A stretch of 63,683 nucleotides of DNA, filler included, from Folioceros fuciformis (Eukaryota): the NCBI GenBank assembly GCA_049999805.1. It is 6 parts of 6 records of this genome, joined end to end, with 100 filler letters (N's around TTAATTAATTAA, not from the genome) between each part and the next. Parts side by side here need not be neighbours in the genome. Positions count along the whole stretch, not along the records: positions 24,130 to 38,735 come from JBNGIO010006299.1; positions 38,836 to 51,729 come from JBNGIO010006303.1; 4 more parts are not named here. The stretch is one strand, 5' to 3'. The position numbers and the translations under genes were made by a program. The notes under the pieces are model-generated. The model saw only the letters and a program-made list of their open reading frames with translations. It searched no databases and was not told where the DNA came from. Positions 36,502 to 49,668 of the stretch are shown piece by piece; position 1 is the first letter of the stretch, and every line of letters begins with the position of its first letter.

Positions 36502-38735
36502 ATGTCAAAGCGACCATTCATGTCAAAGCGACCATTCATGTCAAAGCGACCATTCATGTCAAAGCGACCATTCAACTTTGACTTCAACGTTGAAATCTCA
36601 TCACTGTTAGTCCCAGCAATTAGCATATCATCCACATAGAGGACCAGAATGAGCAAGCTTCCATCCTTAGCTTGCTTCGTATAGAGGCGATGATCCTCAT
36701 CGCTACGCTTGTAGCCTTGAGAAAGAAGCATAAATGAGTGGAACTTGAAATACCACTCCCTAGGTGCCTGCTTCAAACCATAAAGGCTTCTCTTTAACCT
36801 GCACACTAGATTCTCTTTGCCCTTCTCAATGAAACCCTCTGGTTGCTGCATGTATACCTCTTCCTGGAGATCACCATGCAAAAATGCCGACTTCACATCC
36901 ATCTGGACAAGTTCCATGTCGAGCCTCGCAACCATACCAAGAACACATCGCAAGGTGGTCATTTTGACAACCGGTGAGAAAATTTCATCAAAGTCAATAC
37001 CTTGCTGTTGCTTAAAACCCTTCGCAACCAATCGTGCCTTGTACTTAGGTTTGCCATAATGGGGTATGTCCTTCATCTTATACACCCATTTGCATGGCAA
37101 TGCCTTCTTGCCCTTAGGCAACCGAACCAACTCCCAAGTTTGGTTCTTGTGGAGTGAATCCATCTGCGACTGCATCGCTTCCTCCCACTTGTCCTTGTCA
37201 GTCACTGACATGGCCTCTTGGTAACAAGAGGGCTCCCCACAATCCGTCAGCATGACATAATCAAGGGATGCAACATACCTGTCAGGAGGACGTGAGATCC
37301 TTCCTGACCTACGAAGCAATGGCTCCTCGACCAGAGCTGGTTGCACTCTCTCCTCTTGTACAAGTGGAGGAACTTGTTCCTGCACATCACGACGTTCAAC
37401 CTGCGCAGGATGGTCAAATCCATCTTCTTGAAACACCACCCGTCGCACCTCCACAGTTGGAGTAGGCTTCTTGTGCATCTTGGTCTCATTGAAGAACACG
37501 TCATTACTGCGAACCATTCTCTTGGCCTCTGGATCCCACAGACGGTATCCCATCTCACCAGATTCACCATAGCCAAGAAAAATACATTTCTTGGACTTGG
37601 GTGCCAACTTGTCCCGAAACTCCTTAGGAACATGGTAGTATGCCTCGCACCCAAACACTCGTAGATGCTTGTATGACGGCTTCTTTCCATACCACATCTC
37701 CTCCGGAACCTGCTCATCCACAGCCCTATTAGGAGATCTGTTAATAAGATGCACCGTAGTAGCCATTGCTTCGGCCCAAAATCCGTTAGGCAATCCAGAG
37801 TTTGACAATAAACTACGCATCCGCTCCTGGATGGTCCTATTCATCCGTCTTGCTCCGAAGAGAGCCCCTTGGTAAGAACATCTGCAGGGTTTTGACTGGT
37901 GTGAACTTTGACAAGTTGTACCCTCTTGTCTTCCAACACCTCTCGAATGAAGTGATACTCCACTTCCACATGTTTGGTCTTCGCATGAAACACTGGATTC
38001 TTTGCCAATTGAATAGCACTTTGGCTATCACAATGCAACACTGGCAGGTCAACCTTGATCCCTAAATCGCCCACTAGACGAGCAAGCCATATGGCTTCCT
38101 TGCATGCCTCAGTTGCTGCAACATGCTCGGCCTCTGTGGTAGATAGCGTTATGCATGATTGCAAACGAGATCGCCATGAGACTGCCCCTCCTGTGCACAT
38201 GAAGACGTAACCTGATGTGGACCTCCTTTTGTCCATATCCCCTGCATAATCAGCATCCGTATATCCCACGACAGATGCACCTTCACTACCAAAACATAAG
38301 CACAAAGCTTTCGTACCATTCAAGTGCCTCATAAGTCCTTTCACTGCCTCCCAATGCTTCCTGCCAGGGTTTGACATAAACCTGCTAACCACTCCCACTG
38401 CAAAGGCAATGTCAGGACGTGTGGCAATCATTGCATACATCAAACTCCCTACAGCTGATGAGTATGGAACGTTCTCCATTTCAACTTTGTCCTGCGCAGA
38501 GCTTGGGCAATCCTTGCTCGACAGTTTCACATATGGAGGCAACGGAGTACTTAATACCTTCCCCTTCTCCATATTGAAACGTTGAAGCACCTTGTTAATG
38601 GATTCAGTCCGAGACAAGTACAACAAACGCTTCTGTCTGTCTCGACGAATACGCATGCCAAGAATATGGCTTGCCTCTCCCAAGTCTGTCATGTCAAAGC
38701 GACCATTCAACTTTGACTTCAACGTTGAAATCTCA
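36502..38735 (-). mobile_element. Copia element E of a different family; rearranged INT-RT and RT-RNaseH segments
   Basis: RMNRTIQER...YKARLVAKGF...LYVDDML (36502-37844) and DLGEASHILGM...TDADYAGD...KTKHVEV (37841-38735); 18-bp unit repeated 4 times at 36502-36573. Confidence 0.88.
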
Positions 38736-38874
38736 NNNNNNNNNNNNNNNNNNNNNNNNNNNNNNNNNNNNNNNNNNNNTTAATTAATTAANNNNNNNNN
38801 NNNNNNNNNNNNNNNNNNNNNNNNNNNNNNNNNNNAGGGTTGAAGAGGGGAGTTAGGGTAGTAGACGGGGAGAA

Positions 38875-41162
38875 ATGGCGGGGGTGGAGGGGGCGCATGC
38901 CGAGGAGGGCTACGCCAACACGGGCGGGCCCAAGCACGGGCCTGTGCTCACCATGATGAGCAAGCGGCTGCGGGCGCTGAAGAAGAAGTATAATCGCATT
39001 TTGCAGATAGAAGGCAACAAGGTGGCGGGTAAGCCGGTGAATAAGGAGCAGGAGGACATGCTCAAGACCAAGATTGCCGTCGCGGCCCTGGTGGACGAGT
39101 ACGAGAAGCTGCAACTGCCGCTGCAGCAGGCGGTGAAGGAGGAGGTGGCGGAGAGGGAGAAGGAGTTGATGACGGCCACTCTGGAGCGGCGGGACGAGGA
39201 GGGGAGCGAGGCGGACGAGAAAGAAGCGGGAGCCGCTGCAGGGGACGAGCGCAAGAAGGAGGAGGTGCTGAATGCCAATTCGACGCGGGAGGCGGGGTCG
39301 GAGGCGGAGCCCGTGGTCGACGCGGTCGAGGACGGGGATGTCGCTGGAGAGGAGAAAGAGGAGGCGCAGCCCGCGGACCCGGAGGAGGAGGCTGCGCTGG
39401 TGCGGGACTCGCTGGCCGCGGAGGAGAGCGGTGTCAAGGACTATCAGTCCGACCAGAGTCTGAAAGAGGTTCCGTCCAAGGACGGGCTCTCCTACAGCCA
39501 GATTGGGGATCTCCTGAAGCTGCTTTACTTCGCGCAGCTTTTCGACGTGCGCTCGCAGGGGGAGGCGCCATCTTTCGTCTGGACTAGAGTACATGAGAGA
39601 AGCTCTTGCCTGTCGTACGATTTTGTGACTGACGATTCCACGTCGCCTTTGCTGGAGAAGGACCTGGATGCTTTGTCTCTGTTCGGGTCCTTGCTGGTGT
39701 CCCGGCCCCCGAACGTCACGCTCTCACATAAGGAGGCGCTGGAGCGGTGCATCCATCACGCGCAGCAGTGGCTTGCTTGCTCGGAGGATGTCATCCAGGA
39801 CAGCCTTAATGTTTCTTGTATCCTCCTCTGTTTTTGAGGCTGTGTACTTCTGCCTGCCTGTTGTCTTGAAATTGTTTCTGCTTTGCTGTTTGCGCGACAT
39901 TCTTTTGTGAGTGGTTCGCTTAACTCTCTGGGCCAGATTCTCGATTGAGGGATCGTCTGAACAGGATTCTTTCGTCGGAGTACTTCACCATGACTCCAGA
40001 GCTGCAAACTGTGAGCCAGCAAACAGCTGCCGCGGCAGCCACTGCCGCAGGCCAGTATGTCACGAAGTTGGTGCATGAAGGCTCTGTTGGGAGCATTGGT
40101 GATGTCGAAGATAGTCCAGGTTATTTCACGCATCAGGTATGTGTTTTTTTTCCCTGTACTGACCTTGAATTCATTCCATGTGATCCAGCTTGGTGGACCC
40201 TGCTGGTACTGAAGCAGAGGGCGACTTGTTCTTGCAGGATCAGGCTCAGCAACAATTTTATCAACCGAGGGCAGACTTCGTTCCTCCACCTCAATTAGCT
40301 GGTGCCAATGGACTACCTGTGGGGCATGTCATAGCCGCAAATGGCCCCTTTGTCCCTGAGAGCCAGGCCATTGCTGTGGATATACCTCAGGTCTGGCTTT
40401 ACCAAGGCCTCTTCAGATGACTGTTTCCGCTCTGGCTACTTTTGAACTGAGGACACTGTTTCATCGTGGCTCCAGGCTGATTGTACCCAAAATGCTGAGT
40501 TTGATAAAAGCTGCTGACTCAACTCTGCGTGATTGACTTGTGTTTTGATGGACCAATGCTGTCTCGGTTGTTGTGACATGACTTTGGTTGGTATTGGGAC
40601 AAACCCGGCAGGCTCCTGTGTCTGACGTTTGGGTTTGTCAGTCTTTTAGGTTTGTATCAAAGCATATTTCCCTTCTGACCTGCTTTCCGTGCCTGCTGGA
40701 GTGTCTGTGGAACAGTTTGGCAGTCATGAGGATGTAAGTCAATCGGCCATCAGTCCAGAGGCTGCACTAGATCAAGATCAGGCACAGCTCCCGCAGGCAG
40801 CTCAGCCGCTGCAGACACACAAAGGTCAGCAGCATCATGGTGGTCCACGGAATGGCGGAGGCTATCAAGGAGGGCCACGAGGTGCTCGTCATGGTGGCAT
40901 GGGAGGTGGATATGGGATGGGCGGTGGAGGCAGAGGTGGCTTCCCAAATGGTGGTCGTGGTGGGAGAGGTCGGGGAGGGGGCTATCCCAATGGTGGTCGT
41001 GGGGGTTACTATGAACAGGGCAATTATCAGGGCAGGAATCACTATAACAATGGTAGAGGTGGTCGAGGTGCCAGGGGTCCTCCTATGTACAATGGGCATG
41101 GTAATGGTCCTGCTCCTTCGCCTGCACCAGTCGTAGCTGATGCTGCAGCAGGACCAGCTTGA
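38875..41162 (+). CDS. Caprin-like / Arabidopsis At1g27090-type glycine-rich (RGG) protein, 4 exons
   Basis: GPVLTMMSKRLRALKKKYNRILQIE...NKEQEDML, LLKLLYFAQLFDV, HERSSCLSYDFVTDD and YSRLRDRLNRILSSEYF, then an RGG-rich tail. Exons 38875-39817, 39937-40136, 40238-40390, 40716-41162. Confidence 0.85.
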
Positions 41163-42749
41163 AGACTTCCCGTCTGGCTACTTTGTGTGCAAATTTTGAT
41201 GTCCGCGGATCCTAGGGTGGGTCTTCGCTCAGAGGTGACGAGGTTCTCACTGTAGAGCATCTGGACAGTCATAAGGTCTTTACTCTTTTTCTTTTTGGAG
41301 GGATGCCGATTTCGATGAAAATCGAAGCTGGGTGGCATTGATTGCTTTACATGGTGATAGTGAAAACATTTAACCATCGTTTTAGTCCTATCCGTATGCG
41401 AAGGGTTCCTTCTCCTATGTTTCCCGGTTACATACAGCCATGGAGAAGGTGGTCAATAGACTTATGTTAGTTCTATTTAATCCGGCTTTTCTGAATTGTA
41501 ACATAACTTCTGCAGCAGTCGTGGGAGTTGAGAGGTAGACCCTGGAAAACAGCAATAAACCTTTTTTTTGTTGGGCCCCGAATGCTGTCGCAATTTCATG
41601 GTGGATCTTCAAACTAACGTTGCAATCCCTAATTTCGAAACCTAGTAGTTTCCATACAGTTGAGGACACAAACGTGCGAACGGTGAGAGGTACCGAGGTC
41701 TACTGTAGGCAATTAATGCAGGTCAAACCAGTTGACCCAGGGGTAATTCAAGTATGTACGCCTCCTCAATCAGTGCTACACTTACCCAGCACCTACACCT
41801 GCCGATGGTACAGAAGTCTTCTGTGTAAGGCCGATGTTTGTCAAGCACAACCATGGCTAAAACACAAGCATGCATATCGGATTCGGAAGACACCAAAATA
41901 CGAATGTGTCAGGTATGGCATCCCACAGCTCCGCAGCGGACAGAGCCATTTTTCTATTCCTGTCTCCGGGGTATCTTGGGGTGTATTGGGCCGCTTTGGT
42001 AACATGTCCTGTGCTTTTCCCAAAGCGGCCATTGTCACCAATCCGGAAACCCTAAAACAAATACACAACTTCCTGTACACGAAACTTCTGTGCACATGGA
42101 CCTCTTTTTTGTGAGAGGACCCTCGACCAGCGGTGTCGCTGGAGGGGAAGGAGGAGGAGCTCATGGGGAAACTGTCGTCGTCGAATTCCTCCCATTCTCT
42201 CTTCACTTGCTGGGTCGCCATAGCTGTTGTGGATCAGACACAACCCAGACCCGATCCTGCATCCCCCTGGCACCCACATAGCCTGCCCGCGCCACAAGAC
42301 GGACAGAATGCCATACGAGCTAGCGGATTGTAGCATCGTAAAGCTAGCGCAACCTCAAGCCGTCGACACAATCCTGTCACGACTCGAGATGACGCACATA
42401 TTTCGTGATGACTGTCTTGTACATGACGTGATAGTCGGCGGCGCAGAAGTGCGGACACATGCAATGCCTGCTGAGACCATTTCCGCTGTTCCCGTCCTCA
42501 CTTTTTGCTCAAGTAAGTTGGTCGATATATACGGGCCAGAAGATCGGAGGATGAGGGGAACTACACAAGATTCCAACCACGAACCAATGTGGGAAGATTT
42601 TACTTTCATCACAAGACCATGGCAGACATGGATTCCTCAACAGCACATTCGTGGCAAGAACACTCTCTACCTTCTCGGAGGCAGAAGCAGCTGCGATGGC
42701 AGCTGTTCTGAGCTCGAAGGCGGTGTTTGTCCCGCCTTGTCCCCCATAC

Positions 42750-43150
42750 GCAGAGGGTGAACTCTTTTGCAGAGCCGCAGAAGATGAACTCTGTCGCGAG
42801 CCGCAGAAGGTGAACTCTGTTGCAGAGCCACAGAAGGTGAACTCAGTTGCAGAACCGCACAAGGTGAACTCTGTCGCGAGCCGTAGAAGGTGGACTCTGT
42901 GGCAGAGCCGCATAAGGTGAACAGCTCAATTGCAGAGCCGCATAAGGTCAACAGCTCTGTTGCAGAGCCGCATAAGGTGAACAGCTCTGTTGCAGAGCCG
43001 CAGAGGATGACGAACGCTGTCGCGAGCCGCAGAAGGTGGAGATGCACTCTGTTGCAGAGCTGCAGAGGATGAACTCTGTCGCGAGCCGCAGAAGGTGGAG
43101 ATACACTCTGCTGCAGAACCGCCGCCGCCGAAGATGACTCTGTCGCACAT
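42750..43150. repeat. Degenerate minisatellite, 27-30-bp unit, about 13-14 copies
   Basis: GCAGAGCCGCA(G/T)AAGGTGAAC(AGC)TCTGTT variants repeated head-to-tail. Confidence 0.85.
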
Positions 43151-43861
43151 GAACTCCTCAGCGTCTCGGAATTCTTCACAGTGCTTCGAGAGTGTGAGGA
43201 AGGTGGTGAGAATGTTTTTGAGAAATCTTTTTGCCTGTCCGGTGGGACAGTCCGTTAGGTTGCATTAACAAAATAATTCGGAGGAGCCCCCTTTGTCCTC
43301 TGCGGTAACTTTCGCCTCAGTCAGGCCCGAAACTCAACCAGTACTTCCGATCATTCTTCTGACTCGTCCCTATGTTAGCCCCTGCATGCCGGTGTGTATT
43401 CGACCTTGGAAACACCGTTCCAGAATGCAAATTGTGAAGCGGCGTTACGCTCAGCAGTCTCGATGTTACACCAGACGAGCCCAGTCCGCTTGTAGCTAGA
43501 AAAATGTCACCCAGAGAGCAAGACTTTCTCACCTGAACGAATCAAGCCTAAGAGAAGAATCCTTGCTGTCTCGGCAGTGTACAATCTTGAATCCTGACCT
43601 TAGTAAACATGAAGACGGAAAATCTCGACACTACATAACGTAGTTGGTCTAAGACTGTCACACAATCCAGGCCCATGACCGATCACTGTGCCCATAAGCA
43701 CAGGGCCCAAGTTCGTCAGCGGAAGCACATCAAGGGGAAGAGCAATATATTGTTCGTGTGGAAAGACATCACCTTACTTTGAATGTGCCACGCTTTGTAT
43801 CTCAAACCTCGAAATTTAATCCAGAGTCTGACGAATTTAATCCCTTGAGGTGATTTCATGG

Positions 43862-46800
43862 CTATTCGCTGCGCATGGAAGAAACTGACTGTGCTGAAAT
43901 TGATGCCGTCGGACTAGCCGGGTCCCGTTGCAGGCTACCAAGAGGACGACCAGCGAGGAGCCTGGTAATTGCATCATCAGCTGTGATTTGGAACCAATCA
44001 TCCTCAGGTAGCACACTGATTCACAGCCGGAGAACAATGTCAGGAAGACTTGTCAGCAACATAACAACAGGTCAGTTTGCTCATTCGATTTCTCTTACCT
44101 ATTTGGATCCATGCCTGTCGTAGCAAATGCATTCACTGCACGCGATATGATGTCAGATACAACTTGCCGCATGTGTCGGGAAGAATACTTTCCATGAGTT
44201 GCAATTTGGATGACAAATTGCATATCCAGCACAAACTGTGGTTCACACGGATGCTTACGTCAGCTCTCCCAAAATTTGGTCAGCTACATACCACAACTGC
44301 TGAGAGCTCGCTATGTTAACGGGGAAAGAGGAAGTTGGCTTACTTGCTGCAAGCCGATAGGACCTAAACCTTTGGATCCCTCCTCAATGGCCTCCCAAAA
44401 ATCTAAGTCATCTGACAGCCATATAACCACCGTTTCTAATAACCTCATCAAAAGTAGTGTCACCACTCGATCCCTTCCAGCAAGAATTTCTGTTGCAGTT
44501 TGAGCTACTGACGTCAATTTAGCAAACAGAGCCTGCAACATTTTAACCTTTGTCATCTCAAGTGTCTAGTGTCATTCAATTCTTTATCTTCAAACTCACT
44601 GACAACGTAGTGCATCTCATCTGAAATCGTTAGAACAAACCTGGAAAGGCTTCGACGGCAATGGGTCATTAGCCCATTCAGCATCTCCACCATTTGCATC
44701 TAAGCTTATGTACGTCTCTGCGACAAGCTGTGCATCAGGATCTTCAGAATAGAAGACAAGTTCAAAGAATTGCTGCCGACAATAGTAATCTCTCAGCTTA
44801 TCCACAGCTCGCTGCAACCGTCTCCTCCAATCCTTTTGCTCTGGTAGTCTAGCAGCTAGAGCACTGCCTTGTCTTTCAGACCCTCTGCGTCCTCGTGGCT
44901 CTTCTTTAGTGGGTTGGTACCCAGGAGCAAGTTTCATTGCAGCTCGTGGTAGCAGCTCATCGGCCAGAGCAGCAGCATTGCCAAGTAGGGCTACCTGTTG
45001 CGCTTCAGTTTGTGCGATGCGAACATTTCTGGCATCAAGGTCCTCATTCTCAACTCCATCTTCAACTTCAGGTGCCAGTGGTACAGCTTTCATAAGCATA
45101 CCAACGTATTTCTCGAATAGTTGGGCAAGACCATCCAAAGTGGGTCCCCCAAGTTGCATACTTATCAAAGGAGCCACATCTTCCAGAAAATCCTGTTCAG
45201 CCTCAGGGGAGAGAAGTTAGCTCACGAGAATCAGTGGGTAAGATAAACCGCAACACATACCACAGGAGATTTATTTGTACCTGCACCATCGTATTAAACC
45301 TATGTGCACTGCTTGAAAGTTTCAGATTGGCCACAGACCCGACAGATACACCAGGTCGGTTGGTGCCACGTCCAGTACTTGGAGAGAGAGTAAGCTGCCA
45401 GTCATCAGCAGCGGCGAGTGCTGCAACACTCTCCTCTATGCGCCTGAGATTGGCCTCCAACGCCTGTTCAACACTTGGACGCACAAGCTTAGACAAAACA
45501 GGACACAATGCTAAGCCCTGCTCCTCCAATAATGCACAGTGCCCTAGGGCAATTTGCACACACTCTGCAGCAGCCCGAAGCCCTCCGGCTGCTGCTGATG
45601 AGGACAAGACGTGCTTCTTCACCAACATTGCAAAATTTTCTGTCTCACTACGAGACCACAAAACAAGCTCTGACGCATAATCAGGCTGCTCACCAAAGAC
45701 AGCCACAGAATCTCTTGCTGCTTGAGCAATGGCAGAGAACACCATTTGAGACAATGCTGCAGTGTAAGCCCCACCATATGAAGTTCCCGTGGGTCGGAGG
45801 GCCCGAATATTATGTTGCAACCGCTCGTGGTGAGAATTTAATAATAAAGTATGAGCCCTGGGTCCATCCCCCAACCTGTCTAGCGCTGCAATTGCACCAC
45901 GAAGTTCAGATCCCCGGACAGATGGCTGTTGTGCAGCCTCTGCAAGCTGCTCTGACAGCCTCGCCCTACGCTCAGTCAAGGCTTCTCGAAGATTGGCGGA
46001 TGCTCGGGCCCTCCTCTCATCCCTGTCAGGCTCTCCAACATCCAAAACAAGCTTCTCGCCTTCATCAAGCGTAGCCAGTGCCTGCTCCACTTTCCTTTCA
46101 GCTAAGAGAACATCCAACAAGTCGGGGATAGCCTCAGCACGTCTCTCAAAGTCAGTTGGCGAGAGGTCATCTATCCCCTCTGGAGAGTCACCAAGGCTCC
46201 CTGCATTGTTTGGAAGGGAAGGCACTCCCCCTTCTGCCAAACCCTGAATAAGAGCTGACTGTGATGACAGAAGATTTCGCATAGCCACAAGTTCACCTTC
46301 CAAATCAGAAATCTCTCGAGATGTCCTGGTGAATAGGGCAAGCCACATGATCCGTTAGACCCGTGCAGGTTGGAGGTGTCACTCGGTGCACCTGTCACAT
46401 GCCACCTGATGCTGGACGGGAACAGTTCCTGCTCTCAGAATCTAATTTCAACTCAGGGGTGTTAACAAGGGTGCAAGATTCCAGTTTTCAGTGTGGCTTA
46501 GAGACGAAAAGGAGAGGCTTGAGTACATCAACATCAACCTGGGCATGCTTGAAGTCCAAACCATTGATACCTGATGAATGCCGAGTAGTTCGCATAAACA
46601 CTCTTCCGCATTTCCTCAGCTGATGCTTTCTTCAAATCCAGAAGCTCGGAGCATAACCGACGAATCCCCTGCAGCAACCCAGCATGGTGAAGCTAAGAGA
46701 CAGCAGATACTTTTAATACAGAGAAGTAAGAAACAAGGGATTTCATCCAATTTGCCTGTCCTACAGAACATCCCAGAAATCATAGAAGGTGCAAATAAAG

Positions 46801-46996
46801 TGCAGAGAGGTCATTGCACCTTTTCGCTCATGGACTGACACTTCGACTGCACATAGGCAGATGCGTCAAAAGTTTCGGACTCAAAAACCGACAGCTCTTC
46901 AGTGAGAACTCCATCCAGCCCAGCGGACCCGTTAGACATCAAGGAGCCTGACACATTGCCGGTCCTGGAACGAACAGACGGCTTCAACGAACCCAT
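43862..46996 (-). CDS. EXO84: Exocyst complex subunit EXO84, 7 coding exons
   Basis: FDASAYVQSKCQSMSEK|GIRRLCSELLDLKKASAEEMRKSVYANYSAFIR|TSREISDLEGEL..., GGLRAAAECVQIALGHC, LGPIGLQQ|FVLDMQF, VLPEDDWF...SPTASISAQS; GT-AG introns. Confidence 0.95.
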
Positions 46997-48012
46997 GTCT
47001 CCCACTTAGGTTATACTAATCCGCTTGCAAGTAGCGAACAGCAGGAAGCATCCACGCCTACAATTTGTCAATACACATGCTCCAGAACTAGACAGCGTGA
47101 CGTGAGTACTTCCTCAGCGAAATTTGATGATACAATCGGCATCCTGCTTCCTTCCTGTGCGTAGCAATCTTCCAGCTGGCCTGCATCATACAGTTCCCCA
47201 CATCCAAATCCTGGACCACAATCTGGTGCAGGAGCTACCTTCCCCTTCCCTAAACTGCATGCAACTGTCGGCGAGAAGATCCTTCCTGGTTACCGAACTA
47301 TAGATCGACCTCTAGTGATCGGAATCGAGTCACCGTCCTCTCATTTCGGTGTCTCCTCCGCTTCGCAGAATCACTGGTGTTGCCGCAGATCAGGATCAGC
47401 CCCTTCAACAAAAATCTCGTAGCTGCTCGTGTTCTTCGCCGACTCTGACCGAGCAGGGATGCAAAACTCATCCATTCACAGCCGACGTGTAATCTTTGCG
47501 CCTGCGTCGACAGGAATCCGCACGGTAAAAACTATTCTTGAGGGACAGAATACAGGTCTTCAGCGGGCTTAGTTTTCGGCCTGAGTGACGTGCCACGGAA
47601 ACCCACGCAGGGGAGAAGGACAAGAGAACCTGTTTCGGAGAAGGCGAGGACGAGACCTGAACGAATCTAGGTCTTTCTTAGCCTTCTCTCCTGCTCGCGA
47701 CTGGTGTGATCTGACGTTGTGTCATTCTTTTGCCAATGGTATTGAGATAACAAGACTAGCAGGCTTGGAAATTGCGTGAGGAGCTGGCAACGACCATTTT
47801 TGTTCGTCGTCATGTGCACAGGGCTGGTGGGTGTTGGAGCTGGAGGGAGTGTGCTGTGCGTAATAGACTTCTTATTCTTCTTTACGCCATGGCCACGCTA
47901 CTTTGTCTCCTGCCTTCAGGTCTGATTGTGTGATTTCGTTGCCGGAGATTAGGGGTTTAGACAGCTGGTTTAGTGATGAGTCCTCTCTTTCGAATGTACA
48001 GCTTTCGGGCAG

Positions 48013-49668
48013 ATGATTTTGGAGAGAGCTCGTCATAACCACCCCGGTGGCAGCTTGTATCAGTTGAAGCGTATGAGCAGTGTGTGCGGACAAATCAGTC
48101 TTAACTGCTCTGCTTCCTCTCATTATGCTCGTTGCAGAGGTTTATCGCCGAGCATTCCTCGCAGGCTTTTCGTGAGCGCAGCTCCATTGCATTTCTTGGC
48201 ACGCGTCATGGGGTCATCTTTGCCGGCCAACGCCGCATCGGAGGCAGAACAGGTGTCTTTTACTGTGGCATCGTTATGAGCGTTTGAATGGTGCATATTG
48301 CCGTGAAGTGATGAGCTCGTCGTGACAGTTGCGGTGTTATGCTCAGGTCCTGACAACGGTGGAATGGCCGAAGGAATTTCCTTTCAAGGCTGAAGATTTC
48401 CAAAGATATGATGAGTAGGTTTCTGGTTGTTTTCCATCCCCTTGCTATGAGTTTTTCACTCCTGTTTCATTGGGAGCAAAAGTTGTCGTAGGAAGCACAT
48501 TTTGGTGTCCATGTCATGGTAGAAGTTGTTTGTCTTGTCTACACTGGTTGACCTGTTGTCTTCGGAATGTAGGTCTGCAGACACACTGTTCTACGCTTAC
48601 CCACGGTTTGTGACACACATCGACGATGCTGCAATCAATGCGCTCACAAAGTACTACAAGTCAGCCCTTCCACCTAGTAATACTCCTGGTGTTGCTATCC
48701 TTGACATGTGCAGCAGCTGGGTGAGGACCGCATCGTGGCATCGGGCTCATTTTACTTTCGTGGATGAGTTTACAGAGGATGCTCTGTCTGTGCTTGTTGC
48801 TTATTGTCCCGTCCTGGTGTTGGCGCAGATAAGCCATTATCCAAAAAATTACAAGCAGGAGAAGATCGTAGGATTAGGGTTGAACGAAGAGGAGTTGAAG
48901 CGCAATCCTGTGAGTGCGTCCTTGGCTTGTAAGTCGTGTAGATGACCTCCAGTCATGGTCATAGTTGTAGTGGGGAGACGTCTGCTAAGAGGTTGCGTGT
49001 TCCTTTCCAGGTACTCACCGAGTATTTGGTGCAAGATCTGAACGAAAACCCTAATCTTCCGTTCGCTGACAACAGTTTCGACTTCGTGACTAATGCAGTA
49101 TGTCCCTGATTTGTCTCCTGGTGCACCAGGAAGGAGCTTCAAGGGTCCATGCACCGGAGATGGGTCTGATAGGTGTGTTTGTGTTGAGTGGTGGCAGGTG
49201 AGTGTCGACTATTTGTCAAAGCCTCTGGAGATATTCAAAGAGATGAATCGAGTTCTGAAGCCCGGCGGGACTGCTGCAATGAGGTGGCGGTCAAGACGGA
49301 GAAATGTTTCCGGTAGTCTCCAAATTTTCCCTCTTGTCGGTGTGTGGCTGAAGTTTGTGGTTGTCTGTCAGTTTCTCGAATCGATGCTTTTGGACGAAGG
49401 CGATTTCTGTGTGGACTTCAACGGGGGACATCGACCACATCTGGATCGTGGGGTCGTACTTCCACTACAGCGGGGGCTTCGAACCGCCTCAGGTAGGGTG
49501 TAACCTGTCCATAGAATTAGTTGGCTTGCTAACGTGACGAACCTCAGTAAGGAGTATGTAACATGGGTGGCACATAATTATCCCGTTTGGCAGGCGCTGG
49601 ACATCTCGCCTAATCCGGGACGAAGCGACCCAATGTACGTAGTGTACTCCAGGAAACTGAAGGCCTGA
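48013..49668 (+). CDS. Class I SAM-dependent methyltransferase (Methyltransf_11, At4g29590-like, likely plastid-targeted); start codon uncertain
   Basis: Spliced frame WPKEFPFKAEDFQRYDE|SADTLFYAYPRFVTHIDD...ILDMCSSW|ISHYP...|VSVDYL...RVLKPGG|FSNRCFWTKAI...|ALDISPNPGRSDPMYVVYSRKLKA*. Confidence 0.9.

Noticed and set aside
38788-39594. Long minus-strand Leu/Arg-rich ORF (and similar antisense ORFs over other genes and pol regions)
   Set aside because: Shadow frames of GC-rich coding sequence on the opposite strand.
48013-49668. SAM methyltransferase as a partner of the ParB-MTase locus
   Set aside because: An ordinary conserved plant class I methyltransferase about 44 kb away, with no amino-MTase motifs.
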